Shown here piece by piece: positions 9,826 through 19,152 of a stretch of DNA of 64,000 nt. Position 1 is the first letter of the stretch. Each line of letters starts with the position of its first letter. Source of the DNA: a virus; the IMG/VR virus record IMGVR_UViG_3300025849_000018, positions 30,928-94,927 of that record. One strand, 5' to 3'. Position numbers and translations under genes: made by a program. The notes beneath the pieces were generated by a model. It was not told where the DNA came from and ran no database searches. It saw nothing but the letters and a program-made list of their open reading frames with translations.

Positions 9826-10629
9826 TTATTGTCTCCAGAACTCAAGACCCCGCACATCACTTATAACTTGTGGAGGCAAAACATCCGCTGGCTTTCTACA
9901 ATAGTATTTTATTTTAGAACTGACATGATGCATATCAGACAATCCATAGACTTTATTATCCTTCTCTCTATGTTTATTATATAGATTTTTATAATCATGT
10001 TGATAATAGGGTTGTTCTATAAAATTATAGATTGATTTCATAGTCGCGTCTGTATTTTCTACTAGATCAGAATATTCAACTAAGAGTATGTTATCCTTTA
10101 ATTCGCCCGACAAAGCATTTTTCAATCCTGTATATGCTCTTCCTAGAGGACCATCTGATGCGATATACTGACAACGTGTAAAATCATTCAGAGGAAGATT
10201 ATTGGATTGTAGAAACCTATCAATAAAATTCAATTTCTTGTCTTGATTTCGCGAAATCATCGCGATGAAAGAAGTTAACACTTCGTCGAGATTTCGCACA
10301 GTACATATAATCTTTGGATTTTTTATATCAAAATATTTTGAAATATATTCGGGTCGGTGTGTCCAACTTCTATTCTTATCAAAAATAATATCTTCTTTTA
10401 CATCATTATAATAATTGTATAATGAAGATTGCAACATGCTTTTTTTATACGCGGGTTTTGGATATGATTTATACAGGTCATTATTTTCTATAGAAGATTC
10501 AAGTGCGACGATCGAACCACATACAGGAGAACTTGGACCACTATAAAATGTAGGATTTTGATTTAACAAAGCAGACAACATTGAACTGCCGCTTCGCGGA
10601 AGTCCAGACAAAAAATAATAAGTTTTCAT
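9826..10629 (-). CDS. PAPS-dependent sulfotransferase family protein
   Basis: N-terminal 5'-PSB loop GLPRSGSS, DKNRSW, 3'-PB-like CTVRNLDEVLTS, VEYSDL. Confidence 0.85.
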   Translation of the reverse strand: MKTYYFLSGLPRSGSSMLSALLNQNPTFYSGPSSPVCGSIVALESSIENNDLYKSYPKPAYKKSMLQSSLYNYYNDVKEDIIFDKNRSWTHRPEYISKYFDIKNPKIICTVRNLDEVLTSFIAMISRNQDKKLNFIDRFLQSNNLPLNDFTRCQYIASDGPLGRAYTGLKNALSGELKDNILLVEYSDLVENTDATMKSIYNFIEQPYYQHDYKNLYNKHREKDNKVYGLSDMHHVSSKIKYYCRKPADVLPPQVISDVRGLEFWRQ

Positions 10630-10632
10630 AAT

Positions 10633-11172
10633 CTACTTCTCAAAGAAAATACTCAGACTAAAACGATACTTTGGACCTAGTCTCGATTGCGGCCGGATTG
10701 TATGTGGAATTTCTCCATCAAACCAAATGATTCTTCCTGGCACAAATCGCGATCCAAAGATAATATCGTGGTTCTCGTTCTTATCATAGAACAATGTCTC
10801 ACCCGACCAATGATCTTGCCAATCCATATTTACATAATATAGAAAAACATTTTCGTTGATGTGTGTATGTGTCCAATGTGTGTTTGTACATACATCATTG
10901 TTTACAATACAACGAATGAATTTGTCGGGATTAATTTTCTCGTGTAAAGGATGTCCCTCTACAAAATCAGAAAAGAAATTGATTGAATTGAGTTTTTCGG
11001 GAGTCCACCGAGAGAACATATATTGTTCGGAATTGTCAGTATTATCAGACCACCCTATCTGATAAGGACATTTTTTCACCGACTCTTGTATATCAAATCT
11101 TTTTGCTAAACTAAAGACATTATCATATACATCAACTCCTTTTATAGGAGAGTAGTGTGTTATCTTTTTCAT
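10633..11172 (-). CDS. 2OG-Fe(II) oxygenase-like protein
   Basis: HTH...LYYVNMDW..WSGETLFY...PGRIIWFDGEIPH..RP...RFS; jelly-roll His/Arg motifs, first motif HxH rather than HxD. Confidence 0.8.
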   Translation of the reverse strand: MKKITHYSPIKGVDVYDNVFSLAKRFDIQESVKKCPYQIGWSDNTDNSEQYMFSRWTPEKLNSINFFSDFVEGHPLHEKINPDKFIRCIVNNDVCTNTHWTHTHINENVFLYYVNMDWQDHWSGETLFYDKNENHDIIFGSRFVPGRIIWFDGEIPHTIRPQSRLGPKYRFSLSIFFEK

Positions 11173-11199
11173 TATAAACTTCCATTGTGTTAGTCTTAT

Positions 11200-11228
11200 A
11201 TCATATCACAAAAATATATTACTGTCAA
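11200..11228 (-). promoter_or_regulatory. sigma70-type promoter for oxygenase-sulfotransferase pair
   Basis: Minus strand TTGACA (11228-11223), 17-nt spacer, TATGAT (11205-11200), with extended -10 TGn. Confidence 0.75.
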
Positions 11229-12445
11229 TCTAAAATATCCAGATGATGTTTTACGAATGGTGTGTTCCAAATATATGCTGAACCAGATGAACCACCATTA
11301 TCGTCATCCAGATAAGAACCAACCACGATTCTACCTGATCCTACCGCAACTGATCTACCGAACCTGTCATTTGACGCAGCATCACTGGCAACTATCTTGG
11401 CGAGTTGAGTGCCATCCAGATCAAAGATATATGATGAACCAGAATCATCACCATCACCATAAGCACCAACCACGATTCTACCTGATCCTACCGCAACTGA
11501 GAAACCGAAACTGTCACCCGACGCACCATCACTGGCAGTTATCTTGGCTAGTTGGGTGCCATCCAGATCAAAGATATATGCTGAACCAGTCTGACCACCA
11601 TTGACGTCATCACCATAAGAACCAACCACGATTCTACCTGATCCTACCGCAACTGAGTGACCGAACCTGTCACCCGCCGCAGCATCACTGGCAGTTATCT
11701 TGGTTAGTTGGGTGCCATCCAGATCAAAGATATATGCTGAACCAGACTCACTACCATCATCGTCATCCAGACTAGCACCAACCACGATTCTACCTGATCC
11801 TATCGCAACTGAGGTACCGAACCTGTCACCATTGTTAGCATCACTGGCAGTTATCTTGGTTAGTTGGGTACCATCCAGATCAAAGATATATGCTGAACCA
11901 GATGCAGAACCATCATCGTCATCCACCAAAGCACCAACCACGATTCTACCTGATCCTACCGCAACTATTTCCCCGAAATAGTCAGTCGCCGCACCATCAC
12001 TTGATTTTATCTTGGCGAGTTGGGTGCCATCCAGATCAAAGATATATGCTGAACCAGACTGACTACCATTATCGTCATCACCCGAAGCACCAACCACGAT
12101 TCTGCCTGATCCTATCGCAACTGAGACACCGAAAAAGTCACTTCCCGCAGCATCACTGGCAGTCATCTTGGCGATTTGAGTGCCATCCAGATCATAGATA
12201 TATGCTGAACCAGACTGACTACCATTATCGTCATTACTATAAGCACCAACACAGATTCTACCTGATCCTACCGCAACTGAGTAACCGAACTCGTCACTTG
12301 ACGCACCATCACTGGCAGTTATCTTGGTTTCATTGCTGGGTGTAGTGGTATCATCATATTCATCAGTAACACCCATATCCTCTTCATAAAAACTTAGGTC
12401 TCTGCTTAAAAAACTACCAAATGTAGATATATTTCTATAAGGCAT
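11225..12445 (-). CDS. FG-GAP (integrin-alpha-like) 7-blade beta-propeller protein A
   Basis: Seven ~52-aa repeats KIxASD..D.FG.SVAVGSGRIVVGA..D...GSAYIFDLDGTQ. Confidence 0.85.
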   Translation of the reverse strand: MPYRNISTFGSFLSRDLSFYEEDMGVTDEYDDTTTPSNETKITASDGASSDEFGYSVAVGSGRICVGAYSNDDNGSQSGSAYIYDLDGTQIAKMTASDAAGSDFFGVSVAIGSGRIVVGASGDDDNGSQSGSAYIFDLDGTQLAKIKSSDGAATDYFGEIVAVGSGRIVVGALVDDDDGSASGSAYIFDLDGTQLTKITASDANNGDRFGTSVAIGSGRIVVGASLDDDDGSESGSAYIFDLDGTQLTKITASDAAAGDRFGHSVAVGSGRIVVGSYGDDVNGGQTGSAYIFDLDGTQLAKITASDGASGDSFGFSVAVGSGRIVVGAYGDGDDSGSSYIFDLDGTQLAKIVASDAASNDRFGRSVAVGSGRIVVGSYLDDDNGGSSGSAYIWNTPFVKHHLDILD

Positions 12446-13066
12446 TTACAATGCTCCAATTGTGTCTATAGCACTCCAAGTTGTATCATCTTCTGTATCA
12501 ATGCTGTTTAACTTGTTTTTGTTATCCTGATAACGACCGAGTAAATCACCGAAGGCCACTCGCATTAGGTTATCTTTGTCAACAATCTTCTGAGCAAGTA
12601 CATCAACAGTTTCACCACGATTCGTGGACATTATTGAAATCATTGGTACAACCGAAGTGTTATCAGCAAGGTATCTCTCTGCTTCAGAAACCTGTACATA
12701 CCAACTTTCCCTTTCTGACAGAGGGTAGTCTTTTACCATTTCTCCCGACAGATATGCAAACCGTTTCTCATTATTCTGATCTTTTGTTTTATGTAATGCC
12801 AGAAATTTCTTCTTACGGTCTGCATCATCTTCAAAGTATCGAGCTTCAATCGTATAATTTAAAATATATGCATCACCATTTCTAGTAATATCAGCATATC
12901 GTAAAACCTCATCCCACGCAGTCGCTGGCCGATTTGTGTAGGTATCAACTTCAACTACATCATCCGGTAAAGTCTCGCCCCTTTGAATATTTCCAGTGAG
13001 TTCATTATTCCTATAAGGAAACTCAATAACGTCACCTGTTGTTGTATCTATTCTTGCGTAATTCAT
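12446..13066 (-). CDS. Putative tail-fibre assembly/accessory protein
   Basis: C-terminal YPLSERESWYVQVSEA..YLAD...RGETVDVLAQKI resembles phage fibre-assembly domains; abuts FG-GAP genes. Confidence 0.5.
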   Translation of the reverse strand: MNYARIDTTTGDVIEFPYRNNELTGNIQRGETLPDDVVEVDTYTNRPATAWDEVLRYADITRNGDAYILNYTIEARYFEDDADRKKKFLALHKTKDQNNEKRFAYLSGEMVKDYPLSERESWYVQVSEAERYLADNTSVVPMISIMSTNRGETVDVLAQKIVDKDNLMRVAFGDLLGRYQDNKNKLNSIDTEDDTTWSAIDTIGAL

Positions 13067-13067
13067 A

Positions 13068-14267
13068 TTAGTATCCTAATTGTCTTTCAATATAAGTGTC
13101 GAAATTTTCGTCCAGATCATAGATATATGCTGAACCAGAATCAGTAGCAGTATCGTCATCGAAATCAGCACCAACCACGATTCTACCTGATCCTATCGCA
13201 AGTGAGACACCGAAATGGTCAGCATTCGCAGCATCACTGGAAACTATCTTGGCGAGTTGGGTGCCATCCAGATCAAAGATATATGCTGAACCAGAACCAG
13301 TAGCACCGTACGGAGGATGTCCGCCAACCACGATTCTACCTGATCCTACCGCAACTGATCTACCGAACTCGTCATCTGCCGCGCCATCACTGGCCTTTAT
13401 CTTGGCTAGTTGGGTGCCATCCAGATCAAAGATATATGCTGAACCAGAATTAGAACCATTATCGTCATCGTCATAAGCACCAACACAGATTCTACCTGAT
13501 CCTATCGCAACTGAGAAACCGAAACTGTCATCTGCCGCGCCATCACTGGCAGTTATCTTGGTTAGTTGGGTACCATCCAGATCAAAGATATATGCTGAAC
13601 CAGAATTAGAACCATTATCGTCATCACGATAAGCACCAACCACGATTCTACCTGATCCTACCGCAACTGATCTACCGAACAGGTCACCTGCCGCAGCATC
13701 ACTGGCCTTTATCCTGGTTAGTTGGGTACCATCCAGATCAAAGATATATGCTGAACCAGCTAGACCATCATCTGCATCAGCACCAACCACGATTCTACCT
13801 GATCCTACCGCAACTCCGGCACCGAACTGGTCACCTGTCTGCAAACCGGTACCTTCTATAATGGCGATTTGGGTGCCATCCAGATCAAAGATATATGCAT
13901 GACCCCCGCCCGCCTTGTAAGCACCAACCACGATTCTACCTGATCCTACCGCAACTGAGAAACCGAAAAAGTCACCTCCATCAGCATCACTAGCAACTAT
14001 CTTGGCGATTTGGGTGCCATCCAGATCAAAGATATATGCTGAACCAGAATTAGAACCAGCTAGACTATCATCACGAGAAGCACCAACCACGATTCTACCT
14101 GATCCTACCGCAACTGAGAAACCGAACTGGTCATTTGACGCAGCATCACTGGCAACTATCTTGGTTTCGGTACTCTGTATGGTTCCAGTCAGGCGATTAA
14201 ACGATTTGTGCAATAGTTCGCCTTTGTCACTTATTACTATATCACTTGCGCTGTCTTTAAAGGCCAT
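13068..14267 (-). CDS. FG-GAP 7-blade beta-propeller protein B
   Basis: Seven FG-GAP blades; start ATG 14267 (MAFKDS) coupled to the upstream stop as TAATG. Confidence 0.85.
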   Translation of the reverse strand: MAFKDSASDIVISDKGELLHKSFNRLTGTIQSTETKIVASDAASNDQFGFSVAVGSGRIVVGASRDDSLAGSNSGSAYIFDLDGTQIAKIVASDADGGDFFGFSVAVGSGRIVVGAYKAGGGHAYIFDLDGTQIAIIEGTGLQTGDQFGAGVAVGSGRIVVGADADDGLAGSAYIFDLDGTQLTRIKASDAAAGDLFGRSVAVGSGRIVVGAYRDDDNGSNSGSAYIFDLDGTQLTKITASDGAADDSFGFSVAIGSGRICVGAYDDDDNGSNSGSAYIFDLDGTQLAKIKASDGAADDEFGRSVAVGSGRIVVGGHPPYGATGSGSAYIFDLDGTQLAKIVSSDAANADHFGVSLAIGSGRIVVGADFDDDTATDSGSAYIYDLDENFDTYIERQLGY

Positions 14268-15511
14268 TAGTATCCACTCTCCCAATCTTTTACATCGAAC
14301 GGTGTAATAACATCTGGTGTGTCCCAAATATATGCTGCGCCAGCACTACTACCATCACCATAAGCACCAACACAGATTTTACCACATCCTACCGAAATTG
14401 CGGCACCGAAATTGTCACCTGCCGCACCATCATTGGCATCTATCTTGGCGAGTTGGGTGCCATCCAGATCAAAGATATATGCTGAACCAGAATTAGAACC
14501 ATTATCGTCATCCAGATAAGCACCAACACAGATTCTACCTGATCCTATCGCAACTGATCTACCGAAATAGTCACCTGCCGCACCATCATTGGCATCTATC
14601 TTGGCGAGTTGAGTGCCATCTAGATCAAAGATATATGCTGAACCAGAATAAGTACCATTATCGTCATCACCATAAGCACCAACACAGATTCTACCTGATC
14701 CTACCGCAACTCCGGAAGTGCCGGAGGCGAATGGCGCCGATCGACCGAAATAGTCGCCAATGTCACCATCACTTGGTTTTATCTTGGCGAGTTGATTGCC
14801 ATCCAGATCAAAGATATATGCTGCGCCAGAATAAGAACCATTATCGCTATCCCCCGAAGCACCAACTACAATTCTATCGCATCCTACGGCGACTGATTCA
14901 CCGAATCGTTTACTCTCCTCTACATCACTGGCAACTATCTTGGTTATTAGAACACCATCCAGATCATAGATATATGCTGAACCAGAATTATTCTCATTAC
15001 CGTCATTGATACCGTCATCAAATAGGGCACCAACTACGATTCTACCTGATCCTACCGCAACTGATCTACCGAACCTGTCATTTGACGCAGCATCACTGGC
15101 AACTATCTTGGCGAGTTGAGTGCCATCCAGATCAAAGATATATGCTGAACCAGCTTGACTAGCATCACCATAAGCACCAACACAGATTCTACTTGATCCT
15201 ACCGCAATTGAAGCACCGAACAGGTCACTCGCCGCGCCATCACTGGCAGTTATCTTGGCGAGTTGAGTGCCATCTAGATCAAAGATATATGCTGAACCAG
15301 ATGCAGAACCATTATCGTCATCACCATAAGCACCAACACAAATTCTACCTGATCCTACCGCAACTTGCCCACCGAAATAGTCCGAATCCGCAGTATCACT
15401 ACCAACTATCTTGGTTTCATTGCTGGGTGCAGTGTCAACATCTCCTGATCCGTACATAAACGGAATTCCACTCTGACTCAAAACTGCAACGTTATTTACT
15501 TTAAATGTCAC
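14267..15511 (-). CDS. FG-GAP 7-blade beta-propeller protein C
   Basis: Seven FG-GAP blades; likely GTG start 15511 after GGAGA (ORF track starts at TTG 15523). Confidence 0.85.
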   Translation of the reverse strand: MTFKVNNVAVLSQSGIPFMYGSGDVDTAPSNETKIVGSDTADSDYFGGQVAVGSGRICVGAYGDDDNGSASGSAYIFDLDGTQLAKITASDGAASDLFGASIAVGSSRICVGAYGDASQAGSAYIFDLDGTQLAKIVASDAASNDRFGRSVAVGSGRIVVGALFDDGINDGNENNSGSAYIYDLDGVLITKIVASDVEESKRFGESVAVGCDRIVVGASGDSDNGSYSGAAYIFDLDGNQLAKIKPSDGDIGDYFGRSAPFASGTSGVAVGSGRICVGAYGDDDNGTYSGSAYIFDLDGTQLAKIDANDGAAGDYFGRSVAIGSGRICVGAYLDDDNGSNSGSAYIFDLDGTQLAKIDANDGAAGDNFGAAISVGCGKICVGAYGDGSSAGAAYIWDTPDVITPFDVKDWESGY

Positions 15512-15529
15512 TAAATTCTCCAATACATA

Positions 15530-15558
15530 TTGACAAATGAGTTAAATATAAGTATAAT
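15530..15558 (+). promoter_or_regulatory. Perfect-consensus sigma70 promoter for glycosyltransferase-methyltransferase pair
   Basis: TTGACA 15530-15535, 17-nt spacer, TATAAT 15553-15558. Confidence 0.85.
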
Positions 15559-15560
15559 TG

Positions 15561-15568
15561 TATTTATA
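15561..15568 (-). promoter_or_regulatory. T4-type late promoter TATAAATA for FG-GAP genes
   Basis: Exact match on the minus strand ~50 nt upstream of propeller C. Confidence 0.75.
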
Positions 15569-15599
15569 CTAAAACAATCCTCTTTGAGAACCTTATTAT

Positions 15600-18233
15600 A
15601 TGAAACTTTGCTTTGTTGATACACTCGGCCTCTGTTATGATGGATCCACACTCGATAAAAGAGGATTAGGTGGTTCCGAGTCCGCAATCATTCTAATGTC
15701 AAAAGAACTTGTTCAACTAGGATTCGAAGTTACTGTATTTAACGACTGTATACACGACGATGCAAATCCAGGCATCTATGACGGTGTTACATATCGTTCT
15801 CTACATGACATAGAACAATATCATAATTACTTCGATATTTATATCTCTTCAAGATCAGTGGTTTCATTTGCACCCAACTCAATGAAAGAAAGATTTAAGT
15901 GGGCAGACAAACTACCTAATCTTGAAAGTGTCGCAATGACATCTAAACATCGTGTACTCTGGATGCATGATACATTCTGTGATGGTGATGATCTGATTGA
16001 AGACTTTGTATTACGAGGTCGCATTCATGAAATCTTTACTCTGTCTGATTGGCATACATCATATGTAACAACATGTAATCACGGCAAACAACGAAGTTAT
16101 GAAACACTGAAACAATATATTTTCCAAACTCGCAATGGTATTCAACTTCATCACGAATGGGTAGATGTAAAAGCAAAAGACCCCGATCTGTTTGTTTATA
16201 ATGCGTCAGTTACAAAGGGTATGATACCTCTTGTGAATAATGTGTGGCCGATTGTCAAAGAAAAACTACCTAATGCGAAACTCAAGGTCATTGGTGGTTT
16301 CTATCGATTTCGATCTACACATGGTCCAGATCAACAGGAACTTGACTGGCGAGATATGGTTGATAATCCAGTTCACGCAGATAGAGACATAGAGTTTACT
16401 GGTATCATATCACAAAAAGAAATCGCTGACATACTTGTGAAGTCTTCATATATGATATATCCTTCTGCGTTTCCTGAAACATTTGGCATCTCTACACTTG
16501 AGTCTCTCGCATATAATACACCACTCATTACTTGTCGTTTCGGCGCACTTGAAGAAACTGCGATTGATGTTGCTTGTTATAAAATACCTTATCCAATACA
16601 ACCAAACTTTCAATTACCGTCAATTGATACCGATATTCAATCGGCAATCTTTGCTGATGCTGTTGTTCGCGCATACAACACTCCTTATCTACATCAACAG
16701 AAGATGTATGCTTGTAATCAAGTCAAAGATATTTGTGCGTGGTCAACAGTCGCATTACAATGGAAACAACACTTCTATAAACTAATGGGTGACTTCTTAT
16801 CAATCCAAGAATATCGTAAAGTGACTGATATTAACAATCGTGTTCATAAAGTATTTGGTCGCCGTTTTCATAACTACGAAGAAGCGACCATTCGCAAACA
16901 GATAGAGAAACCTATTGTAGTTATTACTGCTGTTTATAATGCAGAGAATTATATTGACAAGTGTATTCGTTCTGTTGCGGCACAGGATTATGAAAACTAT
17001 CGGATGATTATTATTAATGATGCATCAACAGATCGCACTGCTGAGGTGATTGAAAATACAATCGCTGAAACTGGTCTTGAAAACTTTGAGGTGATTACTC
17101 GTAAAGAAAATGTGGGAGCAGTGTTCAATCAAATATCAACCATTCAATCAAAATGTGACCCAGAAGATATTACAATGATCCTTGATGGTGATGATTGGTT
17201 AGTCAATAATTCAAATATCTTTAACCTGTATAATAATCTATATCATGATGGCGCAGAATATACCTATGGCAGTTGCTGGTCGTTAGTTGATAAGATACCA
17301 TTGATTGCTCAACCTTATCCACCAGAAGTCAAAGCGAATAAGTCTTATCGCGATTATAAATTCAACTGGAACTTTCCGTATCCGCATTTAAGAACTTTTC
17401 TTGGTAGACTTGCCTTGGACCTAGACGCCACACTGTTCCAAGACGCGCAGGGCGAATGGTATCGTGCAGGTGGGGATAACTCTACCTTCTACAACATCAT
17501 TGAACAGGCAGACCCAGAGAAGGTCGTATGCGTGCCTGACATCGTATATAACTACAACGACACCAATCCAATCAACGACTATAAAGTGAATGGCACAGAA
17601 CAGAATGAAACTGCAAATAACATTTTAGGAAAAAATATGAAGAAAACTAAACGAATATTGATTGCTATTCCCACAGCGAAGTATATTGAACCAGAGACAA
17701 TGAAGTCAATCTATGATCAGATTATTCCAGAAGGTTATCAAACTGAGTTTCAGTTCTTCTATGGTTATCAGATTGATCAAATTCGTAATCTGATTGCTAA
17801 CTGGATGGAAAATAAAGATTATGATTATTTGTTCTCCGTTGACTCGGATATTATATTCCCTCCTGATACATTGATTCGCCTACTCGATCATGATAAAGAT
17901 TTGGTCACAGGAATATATCGGCAACGACTGCCTAATCAAACTCTTGAGGTATATGATCAAAATCTACAGAATATTCCAATTGAAAATTTACCTAATAACT
18001 CTCTAATAGAAATTGGCGGTTGTGGTTTCGGTTGCGTTTTAGTTAAGAAAAAATTATTTGTTAAGATTGGTTATCCGCAGTTTGTTTATCATTCAGCGAT
18101 TGACCATAAAGATACTTTCAGTGAAGATAATTATTTCTGTAAAGCAGCGAGAGAAAATGGTTTTCAACTGTATGCTGATACCAGTCTTTTCTGCGGTCAT
18201 AAAGGAACACATGTATACGAGGTTGTCAAATGA
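15600..18233 (+). CDS. Multi-domain glycosyltransferase (GT-B/GT4-like plus two GT-A/GT2-like domains)
   Basis: GLGGSE and YPSAFPETFGISTLESLA (GT4-like); VITAVYNAENYIDKCIRSV..INDASTD..LDGDDWL (GT2); ILIAIP..FSVDSDI..GCGFGCVLV..SEDNYFC..GH (second GT-A). Confidence 0.9.
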   Translation: MKLCFVDTLGLCYDGSTLDKRGLGGSESAIILMSKELVQLGFEVTVFNDCIHDDANPGIYDGVTYRSLHDIEQYHNYFDIYISSRSVVSFAPNSMKERFKWADKLPNLESVAMTSKHRVLWMHDTFCDGDDLIEDFVLRGRIHEIFTLSDWHTSYVTTCNHGKQRSYETLKQYIFQTRNGIQLHHEWVDVKAKDPDLFVYNASVTKGMIPLVNNVWPIVKEKLPNAKLKVIGGFYRFRSTHGPDQQELDWRDMVDNPVHADRDIEFTGIISQKEIADILVKSSYMIYPSAFPETFGISTLESLAYNTPLITCRFGALEETAIDVACYKIPYPIQPNFQLPSIDTDIQSAIFADAVVRAYNTPYLHQQKMYACNQVKDICAWSTVALQWKQHFYKLMGDFLSIQEYRKVTDINNRVHKVFGRRFHNYEEATIRKQIEKPIVVITAVYNAENYIDKCIRSVAAQDYENYRMIIINDASTDRTAEVIENTIAETGLENFEVITRKENVGAVFNQISTIQSKCDPEDITMILDGDDWLVNNSNIFNLYNNLYHDGAEYTYGSCWSLVDKIPLIAQPYPPEVKANKSYRDYKFNWNFPYPHLRTFLGRLALDLDATLFQDAQGEWYRAGGDNSTFYNIIEQADPEKVVCVPDIVYNYNDTNPINDYKVNGTEQNETANNILGKNMKKTKRILIAIPTAKYIEPETMKSIYDQIIPEGYQTEFQFFYGYQIDQIRNLIANWMENKDYDYLFSVDSDIIFPPDTLIRLLDHDKDLVTGIYRQRLPNQTLEVYDQNLQNIPIENLPNNSLIEIGGCGFGCVLVKKKLFVKIGYPQFVYHSAIDHKDTFSEDNYFCKAARENGFQLYADTSLFCGHKGTHVYEVVK

Positions 18234-18895
18234 GTTACGAATCTCTAACACATCAAGTAGAAGAAAAGATTGACAATGTGGAATCTTGGACTTGGATTGA
18301 AAAAGACTGGGAAGGTTTTCGTTGGCCAAAAGAAGATTGGCAAGATGCGATCAAAGGGTTGATTGAAAAACATGTGAACAGTAGAACTGTTGTCGTTCAG
18401 GCAGGAGGATTACAGGGAATGTATCCAAGATTACTCAGCGATATGTTTGAACGAGTATATACCTTTGAACCTGATCCTCTCAGTTTTCATTGTCTTGTCA
18501 ATAACTGTCAAAAAGATAATATCATAAAAATACAAGCTGCGGTCGGTGAACACAATGGTCTCATAGACATCAATAGATTTTGCGAACACAATGTTGGAAT
18601 GAACAGTGTGATACAAGGTAACAAGTATCCAATGTTTACCATTGACTCACTGGGTTTAGATACATGTGACTTTATACAGTTAGATGTAGAGGGGTTTGAG
18701 ATTCCCGCATTGCGTGGTGCCAGTAACACCATTGATAAATTCAGACCAGTGTTGTGTATTGAAACAAGAGTGGGAACTGAAAAAGAGGTGAATGATTATA
18801 TGAGTAATTTACGATATTACAATATTGATACGTATCATCACGATAGTTTTTGGTTGCCGATTATTCAACATCAACCAAAGGGATTTGTTTCCTAA
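18230..18895 (+). CDS. FkbM-family SAM-dependent methyltransferase
   Basis: VVQAGG..G, YTFEPD, TIDSLGL..CDFIQLDVEGFE..ALRGA..TI.KFRPVLCIE; ATGA-coupled to the glycosyltransferase. Confidence 0.88.
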   Translation: MSYESLTHQVEEKIDNVESWTWIEKDWEGFRWPKEDWQDAIKGLIEKHVNSRTVVVQAGGLQGMYPRLLSDMFERVYTFEPDPLSFHCLVNNCQKDNIIKIQAAVGEHNGLIDINRFCEHNVGMNSVIQGNKYPMFTIDSLGLDTCDFIQLDVEGFEIPALRGASNTIDKFRPVLCIETRVGTEKEVNDYMSNLRYYNIDTYHHDSFWLPIIQHQPKGFVS

Positions 18896-19152
18896 TACTC
18901 GTCGGGTAGATGAGAACCTTTCACTTCAGACATATATGAGTGATAACAATGATTTGTCTCCAGTGGTCGGAATAGAAAGTCAAGAATTGGCCTCATAATC
19001 CTTCCAATTCTTTTGTCGTCTCGTTCAAGTCTCCAACAAGCAGCGGAAATAGTCTCGTCAGGCCACGCGGCACCCAACGAGATTACAGAAAATATAAACT
19101 GATCCAGAGCAATCAATAAATGAAGTATTCTTCTTTGAAAGGTTAGTTTCAT
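18892..19152 (-). CDS. Small conserved phage protein (PDETIS motif, hydrophobic N-terminus)
   Basis: LLIALDQ...WPDETISA..WR...HC..SY; ATGA overlap with the upstream gene. Confidence 0.65.
   Translation of the reverse strand: MKLTFQRRILHLLIALDQFIFSVISLGAAWPDETISAACWRLERDDKRIGRIMRPILDFLFRPLETNHCYHSYMSEVKGSHLPDEY

Larger units (their letters stand above)
11255..15420. repeat. ~156-nt coding repeats (21 propeller blades in three genes)
   Basis: Recurring blocks CCATCCAGATCAAAGATATATGCTGAACCAG and GATTCTACCTGATCCTACCGCAACT separated by variable segments. Confidence 0.9.

Noticed and set aside
11255-15420. CRISPR-like alternation of constant ~30-nt blocks and variable segments
   Set aside because: Two different constant blocks alternate, the period keeps the reading frame and encodes FG-GAP blades, and no cas genes are present
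11257-15459. His-rich plus-strand ORFs (e.g. 11257..11604, 11890..12345, 14635..15009)
   Set aside because: Antisense shadows of Asp/Gly-rich FG-GAP codons
11225-15511. Diversity-generating retroelement
   Set aside because: No reverse transcriptase in the window, no non-coding template repeat, and differences are not confined to adenines
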